Assembly: GCA_045114775.1 (NCBI GenBank)
Contig: JBGULC010000044.1
Location: forward strand, 68,264-132,263
Reading direction: 5' to 3'
DNA length: 64,000 nucleotides
Origin: Christensenellales bacterium
GTDB lineage: Bacteria > Bacillota > Clostridia > Christensenellales > CAG-138
Numbering within the stretch: position 1 is the stretch's first letter; every line of letters begins with the position of its first letter. The position numbers were made by a program, and so were the translations under genes. Below the pieces are notes generated by a model. It was not told the origin of the DNA and searched no databases. It saw nothing but the letters and a program-made list of their open reading frames with translations. Shown in pieces: positions 19,797-28,771 of this stretch.

Positions 19797-20683
19797 CAGA
19801 GCGCACCTCCCGCCAGAAGAATGGATTCATAGAGACAGCGCTTCGCCATCTCGACCGCAATGTGGCTTCTAAACGCCTTGCTTGCGCGCCACGAATCGCG
19901 CGGATTGATGTCCTCCAATACCGCAAGGCCGAACCGGTCGATGAGTTCTTTTGAAATCGGCTGTCCGTTTGCGACGGCCTCCGCGTGCGGCGCGCGCATC
20001 GGCACCGGTCCCGCCACGCCGTAAGCGATGCGGGCGCGCTCGATCGTCTTCTTGTCGGCGGAAAGCCGCACGTTTACCGAGCAGCCGAGCGTCGCAATGT
20101 CCATCGCGTTTCGCATGGCGTACTTGATGTAATGTCCGAACGTGTTCTCGTAGCTCGCCTTCGGGATCAGGATCGCGGTCTGGATCTCGCCGTCCTCCAC
20201 GCGGATATCGACCTGCCCCGCGCGGATGTAGAAGTCCTTGATCGGCAGTCTGCGAACGCCGTTTTTGCCGGTCAGTTCGATGATCGCCTCCCACGCGTGC
20301 AGGGTCGATGCGGAGTCCGCGCTCGTCACGCCGTTGCAGGTGTTCCCGCCGATCGTGCCGATGTTCCTTATCTGTGGCCCGCCGACCTGATCGACCGCTT
20401 CGCCGAGCACGTTAATGTACTTCTGGATGATCGGATCGCGCGTGATGTGCGAAAAGCTGGTCAGGCTTCCGATGCGGATATTCTCGTTTTCGTCGATCGT
20501 GATGCCGCGGAGCTCGTCCAGTCCGTAGATGCTGATCAGCTCCTTGCCCGCGCGCTTGCCTTCGCGCATCTGCACGAGCACGTCGCTCCCGCCCGCGATG
20601 ATCTGCGCCTCGGGATGCTCCAAACGAAGCTGCACGGCGTTTTCGACGCTCGTCGCTTCATACAACGCCTTCAAATCGTACAT
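19796..20683 (-). CDS. Xanthine dehydrogenase family, FAD-binding subunit
   Basis: 295 aa. PCMH-type FAD-binding domain (IIAGGSDVLVQM, GTIGGN) and a CO-dehydrogenase flavoprotein C-domain. Overlaps the small-subunit gene by 1 nt. Confidence 0.9.
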   Translation of the reverse strand: MYDLKALYEATSVENAVQLRLEHPEAQIIAGGSDVLVQMREGKRAGKELISIYGLDELRGITIDENENIRIGSLTSFSHITRDPIIQKYINVLGEAVDQVGGPQIRNIGTIGGNTCNGVTSADSASTLHAWEAIIELTGKNGVRRLPIKDFYIRAGQVDIRVEDGEIQTAILIPKASYENTFGHYIKYAMRNAMDIATLGCSVNVRLSADKKTIERARIAYGVAGPVPMRAPHAEAVANGQPISKELIDRFGLAVLEDINPRDSWRASKAFRSHIAVEMAKRCLYESILLAGGAL

Positions 20684-20686
20684 CGC

Positions 20687-22996
20687 TCAGCCCTCCTGCC
20701 ATTCGTCCCGGATCAGTCCCGCTTCGGTAAATGCCGCGAACAGATTGTGCGGATTCATCGGAAGCTTATGTAACGCCACGCCGGTCGCGTTGTAGATCGC
20801 GTTGCGGATGGCGGGCGCGCCGGAGCATGCCGGCGGCTCTCCCAATGCCTTCGTCCCAAACACGCTCGTGGGCTCCGGGTTCTCGATAAACGCCGCCGAT
20901 AGATCCGGGTGGTCCATCACGGTCGAAAGCTTGTAGTCCAAAAGGTTGTTGTTCAGCGGCTTTCCGGTCTTTTGGTCGAACAGAAGCTGTTCGGAAAGTC
21001 CGTAGCCGATCGCCATCGACATGCCGCCGTGCACCTGCGCTTCGGCGAGCGCCGGATTGATGAGGTTTCCGCAGTCGTGGACGTTCACGATGTTCTTCAC
21101 CGTGACCTTGCACAGCGGGATATCGACCTCGACCTCCGCGAACGTGCAGCCGAACGAATACGCGTTGTTCCGGATCGTGAACGTGCTTTCCGCCGTGATG
21201 TGCTCGGAATCCTGCGGGTTGTACTGTGCGGTCATGGCAAGCTCGGATAGTGAGATCAGCACCTTGCCGTCGGATTTTCGCACCACGTTTCCGTCGACGA
21301 TATCCATGTTTTCGACCGCCTGCCGCGTCAGCTTGTTCGCGTAAGCGAAGATCTTCTTTTTGAGCAGCTCCGCGGTCTGCCGGATCGAGAAACCGGCCAC
21401 GTACGTCTGTCGCGACGCGTACGCGCCGAGGCCCGTCGGCGTCGTGTCGGTGTCCTGACAGGAGACGACGTGCACGTCCTTGTAGCTTTTCAGCCCGATC
21501 GCCTCCGCCGCCATCTGCGCGAACGCCGTGTCCGCGCCCTGCCCGATCTCGGTCTCGCCGCCCTGCATCGTGACCGTTCCGTCGAGGTTCAAAAGCATCC
21601 GGTTCGACGAAGTCTCGAGCGCGATCGGCCACACCGCCGTGTTGTACCAGAACGACGCGCAGCCGATGCCGCGGCGGATCGGACCGGTGTCCTTTGCAAA
21701 TTCCTTGATCTTCTCGTCGTAGCCGATCAGTTCCTTGCCCTTTGCAAGGCATTCGCGGTGCGAATCGTAATAGTTGCAGTTTTTGCTGAAGCCGTCGAAA
21801 TATCCTTGCGGCATGATGTATTTGTTCCGGTATTCGACCGGATCCATATGCACCGCGTGGGCGCATTCCTCGATATTCGAATCGTTTGCGAATGACGCCT
21901 GCGGCATGCCGTAGCCGCGCATCGCGCCCGCCGCCGGGATGTTCGTATAGACCGTATACGCGTCGCATTCCATGTTGTCGCACGGATAGAGCTGCGGGAA
22001 CGAGCCCATCGCCTTTGCGACGATGCTGTGTCCGTGACTTGCGTACGCGCCCTGATTCGAGAAGAGATCGACCTTTCTTGCCGCCATGCTGCCGTCCGGT
22101 CGGATCCAGCTTGTGATATGGAACCGGATCGCGTGGCGCACACGGTTAGAAACAAACGTCTCCTCGCGGGAGCAATCCACGCGAACGGGTCTGCCGCCGA
22201 CCTGCGTACAGCACCACGCGCAGAGCGGCTCATAGAGCGCGTCCTGCTTGTTTCCGAAGCCGCCGCCGATATACGGCTTGATGATCTGAACGTCCGCCCA
22301 GGGCCTGCCGATCGCCTGTCCGACCACGCGGCGGACGATGTGCGGGATCTGCGTGGAGGATACGACCGTGATCCGCCCGTTTTCCTCGTAGGCGAAGCAG
22401 CCGTGGTTTTCGATGTGACAATGCTGCACCGTCGGCGTGTCGTACCAGCCCTCGACCTTGATGAGCCCCGGCTCTTGAATCGCCGCCTCGTAATCGCCTT
22501 TGCGGATCGAGGTATGCTTCAGGATGTTGTTGGGATATCCCTCGTGGAGCTGCGGCGCGCCGTCCTCCATCGCCTTCTGCGCATCCAGCACGAACGGAAG
22601 CGGCTCATATTCGACCTTCAGCGCGCGGACGCCCTGCATGGCGGAGGCCTCGTCCTCGGCGATCACGACCGCCACATCGTCGCCCCAGTAGCGCACATGC
22701 GTATTCAGAAGCCTGCGGTCCGCAACGTCCCGATGATCCGGGTCCATCGACCACGGATGTCCCGCCGTCGGGAAGTCGATCTCAGGCGCGTCGAAGCAGG
22801 TCAGTACCTTCACGACGCCTTTGATCCTTTCGGCTTCGAAGGTGTCGACCGATTTCACGAACCCGTGCGCGATCTCGCTGTGCTTGATGCGCACATACAG
22901 CGCGCCCGCGGGCATGCGGTCTTCATAGTATTTGGTCCGTCCGGTCGCCTTGTCGAAGGCGTCCACACGGATCTCGCTTTTGCCGACGATGCTCAT
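20687..22996 (-). CDS. Xanthine dehydrogenase family, molybdopterin-binding large subunit
   Basis: True start is MSIVGKSE at 22996 behind AGAGAGGAAA. 769 aa. GGGFGNK motif. Subunit order and sizes as in XdhA-XdhB-XdhC. Confidence 0.9.
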   Translation of the reverse strand: MSIVGKSEIRVDAFDKATGRTKYYEDRMPAGALYVRIKHSEIAHGFVKSVDTFEAERIKGVVKVLTCFDAPEIDFPTAGHPWSMDPDHRDVADRRLLNTHVRYWGDDVAVVIAEDEASAMQGVRALKVEYEPLPFVLDAQKAMEDGAPQLHEGYPNNILKHTSIRKGDYEAAIQEPGLIKVEGWYDTPTVQHCHIENHGCFAYEENGRITVVSSTQIPHIVRRVVGQAIGRPWADVQIIKPYIGGGFGNKQDALYEPLCAWCCTQVGGRPVRVDCSREETFVSNRVRHAIRFHITSWIRPDGSMAARKVDLFSNQGAYASHGHSIVAKAMGSFPQLYPCDNMECDAYTVYTNIPAAGAMRGYGMPQASFANDSNIEECAHAVHMDPVEYRNKYIMPQGYFDGFSKNCNYYDSHRECLAKGKELIGYDEKIKEFAKDTGPIRRGIGCASFWYNTAVWPIALETSSNRMLLNLDGTVTMQGGETEIGQGADTAFAQMAAEAIGLKSYKDVHVVSCQDTDTTPTGLGAYASRQTYVAGFSIRQTAELLKKKIFAYANKLTRQAVENMDIVDGNVVRKSDGKVLISLSELAMTAQYNPQDSEHITAESTFTIRNNAYSFGCTFAEVEVDIPLCKVTVKNIVNVHDCGNLINPALAEAQVHGGMSMAIGYGLSEQLLFDQKTGKPLNNNLLDYKLSTVMDHPDLSAAFIENPEPTSVFGTKALGEPPACSGAPAIRNAIYNATGVALHKLPMNPHNLFAAFTEAGLIRDEWQEG

Positions 22997-23282
22997 AGCG
23001 TTTCCTCTCTTGAATGTATACTTATACTTATACCAAGTATAACACGCTTCTTCGCGTTCGGAAAGAGGGAAAATATACATTTTCGCTATTCTTTCAAAGG
23101 AATACCGCTTTCGCGCGTGTATAACGGCTTTTGTTGCGGCAAGGCGGACGGGCAATGCCCGTCCCTACGGGCTAAAACACGACATTCCTTGCCTTCTCCC
23201 CGGGGAGAACGTGCCGTCAGGCGGATGAGTGGGTCAGAATCAGCGATTCTCCGCAGGGAGAATCCTCCCGAACATGCTCGAA

Positions 23283-23370
23283 GAGCATATATCACGAGCC
23301 GCAGGCGCATATCACATTCCGAAAGGATATATCACGTTCCGCGAGTGCGGAACATCTCACTGCGTCGAAG
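23283..23370. repeat. Degenerate direct repeats, core (C)ATAT(AT)CAC, three copies phased exactly 20 bp apart plus one divergent copy
   Basis: Cores end at 23295, 23315 and 23335, with ACATCTCAC ending at 23360. Lies between the YwaF-gene terminator and the xdh operon. Confidence 0.6.
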
Positions 23371-23374
23371 CCCC

Positions 23375-23407
23375 AAAAAAAGGATCCCCCGCGCGGAGGA
23401 TCCCTTT
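23375..23407 (-). terminator. Terminator after the YwaF-family gene
   Basis: GGATCC..GGATCC-based GC stem followed by TTTTTTT on the minus strand. Confidence 0.65.
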
Positions 23408-23419
23408 CCGATAAACCGA

Positions 23420-24202
23420 TTATGCTTTTTTCTTCTTGATCTTGTCCGCGATCGCGAACGGCGTTGTGACAAGGCTCATATACGCGCCGAGGATGACCGC
23501 ACCGGGCAGCAGATACAGGACCGGCACGGGGATCCAGCTCCAGAAGAGCTTCAGGATCGAGATGTTCTCGTGCTCCATCGTGAAGAAGTAGTTCGCGCGG
23601 TCGTACAGACCGGTCTTGATCAGCAGCAGGTTGATGCCCGTGATCACAAGCAGCATGATCACAAGCGTCAGGATCGTAAACGGCAGATCCTTGAACTTCG
23701 GACGGTAGAAGCCGAAGGTGACCAGCGCAAGCGCTTCGATGATGATCATGAAGTGTGTGCCGTAAAAGCCGATCATACGCGGGAGCCAGATCGGGCAGTC
23801 ATAGAAGCCGACGGCCGGGAACATCAGCGCCATCAGCGCGCCGAGCGGCGCCATGAAGAAGCTGAAGCTCATCAGGGGACGGTTTTTCAGCGCAACCGCG
23901 ATCGGGATGATCATCATGTTGATGTTGCAAAGCTGCAGCGGCAGCTCGGCCCACCAGGAAAATCCGCCGCGCGTTTCGATGACGAGCTTATCGTACTCCG
24001 TGTCGATCGACAGGAAATATTTATAGACAAAGAAGCCGATGAACGTTATGACGCAGGCCGTGATCAGAACGATCTTTTTCGTCTTTTCGCTGCGCTTTCT
24101 GAGGATCAGGCTTGCAACGACGAGCAGCGCGATAAAGAACGCAAAGCACGCGAAGAACAGCGGGTTGAACGTGTTCATGATCCAGAAAGAGCTTTTTTCC
24201 AT
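23420..24202 (-). CDS. YwaF/TIGR02206-family integral membrane protein
   Basis: 260 aa, about 7 TM segments, PLQLCNI motif characteristic of this family. Confidence 0.65.
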   Translation of the reverse strand: MEKSSFWIMNTFNPLFFACFAFFIALLVVASLILRKRSEKTKKIVLITACVITFIGFFVYKYFLSIDTEYDKLVIETRGGFSWWAELPLQLCNINMMIIPIAVALKNRPLMSFSFFMAPLGALMALMFPAVGFYDCPIWLPRMIGFYGTHFMIIIEALALVTFGFYRPKFKDLPFTILTLVIMLLVITGINLLLIKTGLYDRANYFFTMEHENISILKLFWSWIPVPVLYLLPGAVILGAYMSLVTTPFAIADKIKKKKA

Positions 24203-24422
24203 AACGATACCCCTTTCGTTTCATAATCCCATATTTTGTATCAGTATAACACACCGTTCACAAGATAGCAAGCATTGAATCGCAAAGGGCGATCCGGGCG
24301 CCGTCTTTGGCGCAAGCGATTGTTTGCAGCCTTCGATCGCCGTGATGTGTTCCGCTCACGAAGGACACCGGCGGAGAGTCCGACAAGCGTGAATTTTACG
24401 AACTATCTCCTGCTTCCCGGCT

Positions 24423-25286
24423 TCAGATCATTTTGTAGAGTTCGTAACAGTTATGTCCCCTGGGAACGTCCTTGAGCTCGCCTCTGAGCAAATAGCCGTT
24501 CTTCTTGAAGAACGCAACATTCCAGTCGCCCGCATTCGTCATGACCATTGAAGCGCCGTTTCCCTTTGCGAATATCTCTGCTTCCTTCAAAAGATACGTG
24601 CCCAGACCGTGAAACCGGAGCGGTTCTTCCACAAACAGCGCTTCAACAAAGCCGGTCTCACCTTTGTCCACGTCCGCGATCACGCCAGCCGCAAATCTGC
24701 CGTCTTTGTCCGCATATTTCTTATAAAACCCGACGTTTTCACATTCCTGTTCATAGGCTTCGCTGTATGCATCAAGGCCGTTCAGTATCACTTTCGCATC
24801 GTCATCATTGCCGAAAGAAACCTTGAAGCGTGAACCGCTGTTGTCAGTCGGCACATATTCCGGCGTGTCCTTCTCAAGGTATTTGACCAGTGAATAGCTG
24901 ATATAGCCGTTCGGCTTCTTAAGCGTGGTAAAGACCGTGTAGCCGTGTTTTTCATAGAACGGTCTTGCCATATAACTGGCGGTGCCGAGCGTCACGACCC
25001 GACAACCCTTCTCTCTTGCGATACGCTCAACCTCGTGAAGGATCATAGAACCAATTCCGTGATGGCGATAGCGTTCATCCACCCAAAGGTCGTCAAGCAG
25101 GACCCTCGACCAGTGGTATTCGTAAGCTGTGGCAACGCATCCGCCAATGATCTCGCCGGTTTCGTTCTCGATTTTGAGCACGAATTCTTCTTCGTCCGCA
25201 TCCACTTCTCGCGGCACAATCTCATTTATCTTTTTGCCAATATATTCGGCTTCTTCCTTTGTCAAGTCCTCGATCCTGTATTCCAT
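24423..25286 (-). CDS. Tandem-GNAT N-acetyltransferase
   Basis: Two GNAT folds (RHHGIGSMIL..ARPFYEKHGY and RFHGLGTYLL..FFKKNGY). ATG at 25286 behind GGAGGTAA. Confidence 0.8.
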   Translation of the reverse strand: MEYRIEDLTKEEAEYIGKKINEIVPREVDADEEEFVLKIENETGEIIGGCVATAYEYHWSRVLLDDLWVDERYRHHGIGSMILHEVERIAREKGCRVVTLGTASYMARPFYEKHGYTVFTTLKKPNGYISYSLVKYLEKDTPEYVPTDNSGSRFKVSFGNDDDAKVILNGLDAYSEAYEQECENVGFYKKYADKDGRFAAGVIADVDKGETGFVEALFVEEPLRFHGLGTYLLKEAEIFAKGNGASMVMTNAGDWNVAFFKKNGYLLRGELKDVPRGHNCYELYKMI

Positions 25287-25395
25287 TTGCTTACCTCCGC
25301 AAATCTCGATTTGTTGCGGCAATTATACCATAGTCAACCTAATAAAACAACAAGAAAACCTCTCTTGCCCCGGTAGACAAAAGAGGTTTCTTTGA

Positions 25396-25469
25396 TGGCT
25401 GCCGAACTAGGATTCGAACCTAGACAATACGAGTCAGAGTCGTAGGTGCTACCATTACACAATTCGGCA
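25396..25469 (-). tRNA. tRNA-Gln (anticodon CTG)
   Basis: Hand-folded 74 nt. Acceptor UGCCGAA/UUCGGCA, anticodon loop CUCUGAC, encoded CCA. Confidence 0.85.
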
Positions 25470-25665
25470 TTATCCCGAGAAAATCCCGCCGTGCCGTCCG
25501 CTTTGGGGTGATAAGACCCGCCTCTCAGGCAGGTGGGTACACTGCAGAGCCCGCAATCTTCCCGTCAAAGCGGGCTTGATTTTAGGTCGACCGACGCGTG
25601 CTTTCCCGTAATCACTCTGTGGGTTTATCACATAAAACGTAACGCACACCGCAGGATTTCCTGTA
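25470..25665 (-). ncRNA. Structured 196-nt RNA candidate between tRNA-Val and tRNA-Gln (6S-like rod, or an RNase III-type processing spacer)
   Basis: The 5' and 3' ends pair extensively: plus-strand 25643-25662 with 25474-25495, and 25621-25631 with 25508-25519. There is also an internal hairpin AGCCCGC..GCGGGCT. It abuts both tRNAs. Confidence 0.3.
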
Positions 25666-25742
25666 TGGTGGGGTTAGTTGGGCTCGAACCAATGACCTCC
25701 ACGATGTCAACGTGGCGCTCTAACCAACTGAGCTATAACCCC
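25666..25742 (-). tRNA. tRNA-Val (anticodon GAC)
   Basis: Hand-folded 77 nt. Acceptor GGGGUUA/UAACCCC, anticodon loop UUGACAU, encoded CCA. Confidence 0.9.
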
Positions 25743-25874
25743 TTGCGAAATCTTATTATACACATCCTGAGAAAAAATGCAAGTGTTTTTTTCAAATTTT
25801 CAAAATCTCCTTTCGTTTCTTTTTGTTTTGCGATTCAGCGAAGCATGTTTTATGCAGAAAAGCACATCTATTTC

Positions 25875-25903
25875 TTGCATTTTCAGATTCTCTATATTAT
25901 AAT
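25875..25903 (+). promoter_or_regulatory. Sigma-A-type promoter of the oxoamine synthase operon
   Basis: TTGCAT-17 nt-TATAAT in an AT-rich spacer. AAAGGAGG RBS at 25924. Confidence 0.6.
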
Positions 25904-25935
25904 ATTTGTCGGTATTTTTTTGAAAGGAGGATCCC

Positions 25936-27111
25936 ATGGATCTGTTCTCCAAATGTCACAATCCGGTATTGGACGAGATCAGAGCGAAGAACATTTATCC
26001 GTATTTCCACGAGCTCGAATCCATGCAGGCGCCCGAAGTCATCATGGAAGGCAAGCGCCGCATCATGCTCGGCTCAAACGGATATCTGGGCCTTGCCACG
26101 CATCCGCGCGTGATTTCCGCGGGAGTCGAAGCGCTCAAGAAGTTCGGCTCCGGCTGCGCAGGATCGCGGTTTCTGAACGGCACGCTCGTGCTGCACACAC
26201 AGCTCGAACGCGAGCTTGCCGCATTCATCGGCAAGGACGCCTGTATGACCTTCTCGACCGGATTCCAAAGTAACCTCGGAATCATCAGCGCAGTCGCGGG
26301 ACGCGGCGACGTCATCCTCTGCGATCGCGAAAACCACGCGAGCATCTACGACGGCTGCAAGCTCAGCTACGCCGAAATGGTGCGCTACCGCCACAACGAC
26401 ATGGCGGATCTCGAAAAGAAGCTTGCCGCTCTTCCCGACAAGGCGGGCCGTCTCATCGTCACCGACGGCGTGTTCTCGATGGGCGGCGACATCGCGAATC
26501 TTCCCGAGATCGTTCGTCTTGCGAAGAAGTACGGCGCGCGCGTCATGGTCGACGACGCGCACGGTCTCGGCGTCCTCGGCGAGGGCGGCCGCGGCACCGC
26601 AAGCTATTTCGGCCTCACCGACGAGGTCGACATCATCATGGGCACGTTCTCGAAATCGCTCGCGGGCATCGGCGGCTTCATGGCGGCAAGCGACGAAGTC
26701 GTGGATTATGTGCGGCACACCTCGCGTCCGTTCATCTTCTGCGCGTCCATCCCCCCCGCCTCCTGCGCGACCGTCAACGAAGCGCTGCGTATTCTCATTG
26801 AGCAGCCGGAGCTGCCGAAGCGCCTCATGGAGCTTTCCATGTACATGCGCAGCGGTCTTAAGCGCGAGGGTATCGCGATCCGCGAGAGCACGACGCCGAT
26901 CATCCCGCTTTACACGCACGACATCGAGACCACGCTCCGGGTCGAAAAAGCGCTGTTCGATCGCGGCGTCTACGTGAACCCGGTCCTGCCGCCCGCCGTG
27001 CATCCGAGCGAGTGCATGCTCAGGACGAGCTACATGGCGACGCACACCGAAGCGCTCCTCGACGAAGCGCTCGGCATCATCAAAGAGGTGTTCACCGAAT
27101 ATGGCATCTGA
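25936..27111 (+). CDS. PLP-dependent alpha-oxoamine synthase, serine palmitoyltransferase-like
   Basis: 391 aa. GSGCAGSRFLNGT and PLP-lysine motif GTFSKSLAGIGGF resemble SPT/CqsA more than KBL (GTLGKALGG) or BioF. Confidence 0.8.
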   Translation: MDLFSKCHNPVLDEIRAKNIYPYFHELESMQAPEVIMEGKRRIMLGSNGYLGLATHPRVISAGVEALKKFGSGCAGSRFLNGTLVLHTQLERELAAFIGKDACMTFSTGFQSNLGIISAVAGRGDVILCDRENHASIYDGCKLSYAEMVRYRHNDMADLEKKLAALPDKAGRLIVTDGVFSMGGDIANLPEIVRLAKKYGARVMVDDAHGLGVLGEGGRGTASYFGLTDEVDIIMGTFSKSLAGIGGFMAASDEVVDYVRHTSRPFIFCASIPPASCATVNEALRILIEQPELPKRLMELSMYMRSGLKREGIAIRESTTPIIPLYTHDIETTLRVEKALFDRGVYVNPVLPPAVHPSECMLRTSYMATHTEALLDEALGIIKEVFTEYGI

Positions 27112-27892
27112 ACAGCGGATCACCGTCATCACAGGCGCATCCAAAGGCATCGGGAAAGCGGCAGCCGCCGCTTTTTCGCGTGCGGGCGATCGTGTCTATA
27201 ACCTTTCGAGAAGCGGTGAAACGACCGAAACGGCCGTTCACATCCCCTGCGACGTCACGGACGAAACGCAGTGCAAAGAGGCAATAGAGACCGTTTCAGA
27301 GCGCGAGGGACGCATCGACGTGCTGATTCTGAACGCGGGCTTCGGCATCTCCGGTCCGGTCGAAACGACGGAGCTCGAACAGGCGAAAAAGCAGTTCGAC
27401 GTCTGCCTGTTCGGCGCGATCCGCGTGCTGAAAGCCGCGCTGCCTGCTTTACGCGAAAGCAAGGGCATGATCCTCTTTACCTCCTCCGTCGCTGCGGTCA
27501 CGCCGATCCCGTATCAGGCGTTCTATTCCGCCGCGAAGGCCGCGATCAACAGCGTCGTGATGGCGCTTCGAAACGAATTGAAGGGCACAGGCATCCGCGT
27601 CGCGGCGGTGCTGCCCGGCGACGTCAAGACCGATTTCACCGCAAAGCGCGAGAAGAATCCGGTCAATGAAGAGCTTTATCCGAACGAAGTGAAATCCGTC
27701 GCAAAAATGGAGCACGACGAACAGCACGGTATGAGTCCGGACCGGATCGCAAAGCGCTTCCTGAAGCTCTCCCGGCAAAAGAATCCGAAGCCGTTCTGCT
27801 CGGTCGGCGTCGCCTATTCGGCGGTGCTGGTGCTTATGAAGATCCTGCCTGCGCGGTTTGCAAACTGGGTCCTCGGAAAGATGTACGCATAA
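27101..27892 (+). CDS. Short-chain dehydrogenase/reductase (SDR)
   Basis: TGASKGIG cofactor motif and catalytic YSAAK. Overlaps the oxoamine synthase gene by 11 nt. Confidence 0.85.
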   Translation: MASEQRITVITGASKGIGKAAAAAFSRAGDRVYNLSRSGETTETAVHIPCDVTDETQCKEAIETVSEREGRIDVLILNAGFGISGPVETTELEQAKKQFDVCLFGAIRVLKAALPALRESKGMILFTSSVAAVTPIPYQAFYSAAKAAINSVVMALRNELKGTGIRVAAVLPGDVKTDFTAKREKNPVNEELYPNEVKSVAKMEHDEQHGMSPDRIAKRFLKLSRQKNPKPFCSVGVAYSAVLVLMKILPARFANWVLGKMYA

Positions 27893-28722
27893 TGTTTGAT
27901 CCTACTCCCGCCATGGCCGGATGGTTCGGCTATCCGCTCGAATTAAACGACCGCCTGCGTCTCATCCGGGACGCGGGCTTTCGCGGCGTGCTCCTCTGGT
28001 GGGCGGTCGAGTCGGCGTACGAGCCGCCCGTGCCCGAAAAGGTCGAGACCGCGGCAAAGTACGGGCTTTCCGTCGTCAACGCGCATCTGCAGTTTGCAAA
28101 GATGAACACGCTGTGGCAGCCCGGGTACGAGGGCGAGCACTACGCGGCGGAGCTTGCGGGGTTGATTGCCGAAGCGGGCGTGTACGGCGTACCGACGCTT
28201 GTTGTGCATCTTACGCGATCTGTTACTCCCCCGCCGTTTTCGGAGCTCGGGTTCTCCCGTTTTCTCCGTCTCTGCGAAGTCGCGGAGCGCGCGAACGTGG
28301 ATCTTGCGTTTGAAAATTTACGCGCGCCGGAATACCTCTATGAGTTTCTGCAGCGCGTCGATTCCCCGCGCGTCGGCGTCTGCTTCGACGCCGGACACAA
28401 CCATGTCTTCTGCCCCGACCGGCGGATCTGCGTCGATTTTGCGGATCGCATCAAGGCTGTGCATCTGCACGACAACGACGGCACGCGCGACGCGCACAAC
28501 CTCCCCGGCGACGGTACGATCGACTGGTCCGAGGTTCGGCGCGAGCTTCTCGCCTCCGCCTATGCGGGTCCGTGGTCGCTTGAGATCGAGCACGCGCAGA
28601 CCTCGGAGTTCGGCAAAGCGCTGCTTTCCCCCGCGGACGATCCCTACTACGGCATGGAGCCCGAGGAATACCTTGCAAAGGCGTTCCAGGCACATCAGAA
28701 GCTCATCCGCGGCACGTTGTAA
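27892..28722 (+). CDS. Xylose-isomerase-like TIM-barrel protein (sugar phosphate isomerase/epimerase family)
   Basis: AFENL, CFDAGH and HLHDNDG metal-ligand blocks. The start overlaps the SDR stop codon (TAATG). Confidence 0.75.
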   Translation: MFDPTPAMAGWFGYPLELNDRLRLIRDAGFRGVLLWWAVESAYEPPVPEKVETAAKYGLSVVNAHLQFAKMNTLWQPGYEGEHYAAELAGLIAEAGVYGVPTLVVHLTRSVTPPPFSELGFSRFLRLCEVAERANVDLAFENLRAPEYLYEFLQRVDSPRVGVCFDAGHNHVFCPDRRICVDFADRIKAVHLHDNDGTRDAHNLPGDGTIDWSEVRRELLASAYAGPWSLEIEHAQTSEFGKALLSPADDPYYGMEPEEYLAKAFQAHQKLIRGTL

Positions 28723-28740
28723 TCAATAACGCATATACGA

Positions 28741-28769
28741 AAAGGTCCTCTTCCGAGGACCTTTTTTCA
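28741..28769 (+). terminator. Terminator of the oxoamine synthase operon
   Basis: AAAGGTCCTC-ttcc-GAGGACCTTT followed by TTTT. Confidence 0.8.
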
Positions 28770-28771
28770 AT

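Noticed and set aside
23074-23123. Purine (guanine/xanthine) riboswitch upstream of the xdh-like operon.
   Set aside because: A three-way-junction-like fold can be drawn. However, the helices are too short, and the junction sequences do not match the conserved purine-riboswitch junction nucleotides I recall (UAUAAU.., ..GUUUCUACC.., ..CCGACUA). It needs a covariance-model search before any claim.
25533-26273. 246-aa plus-strand ORF, and the 25823-26113 ORF.
   Set aside because: The first spans tRNA-Val and the promoter region. Both are out of frame with the well-supported oxoamine synthase gene.
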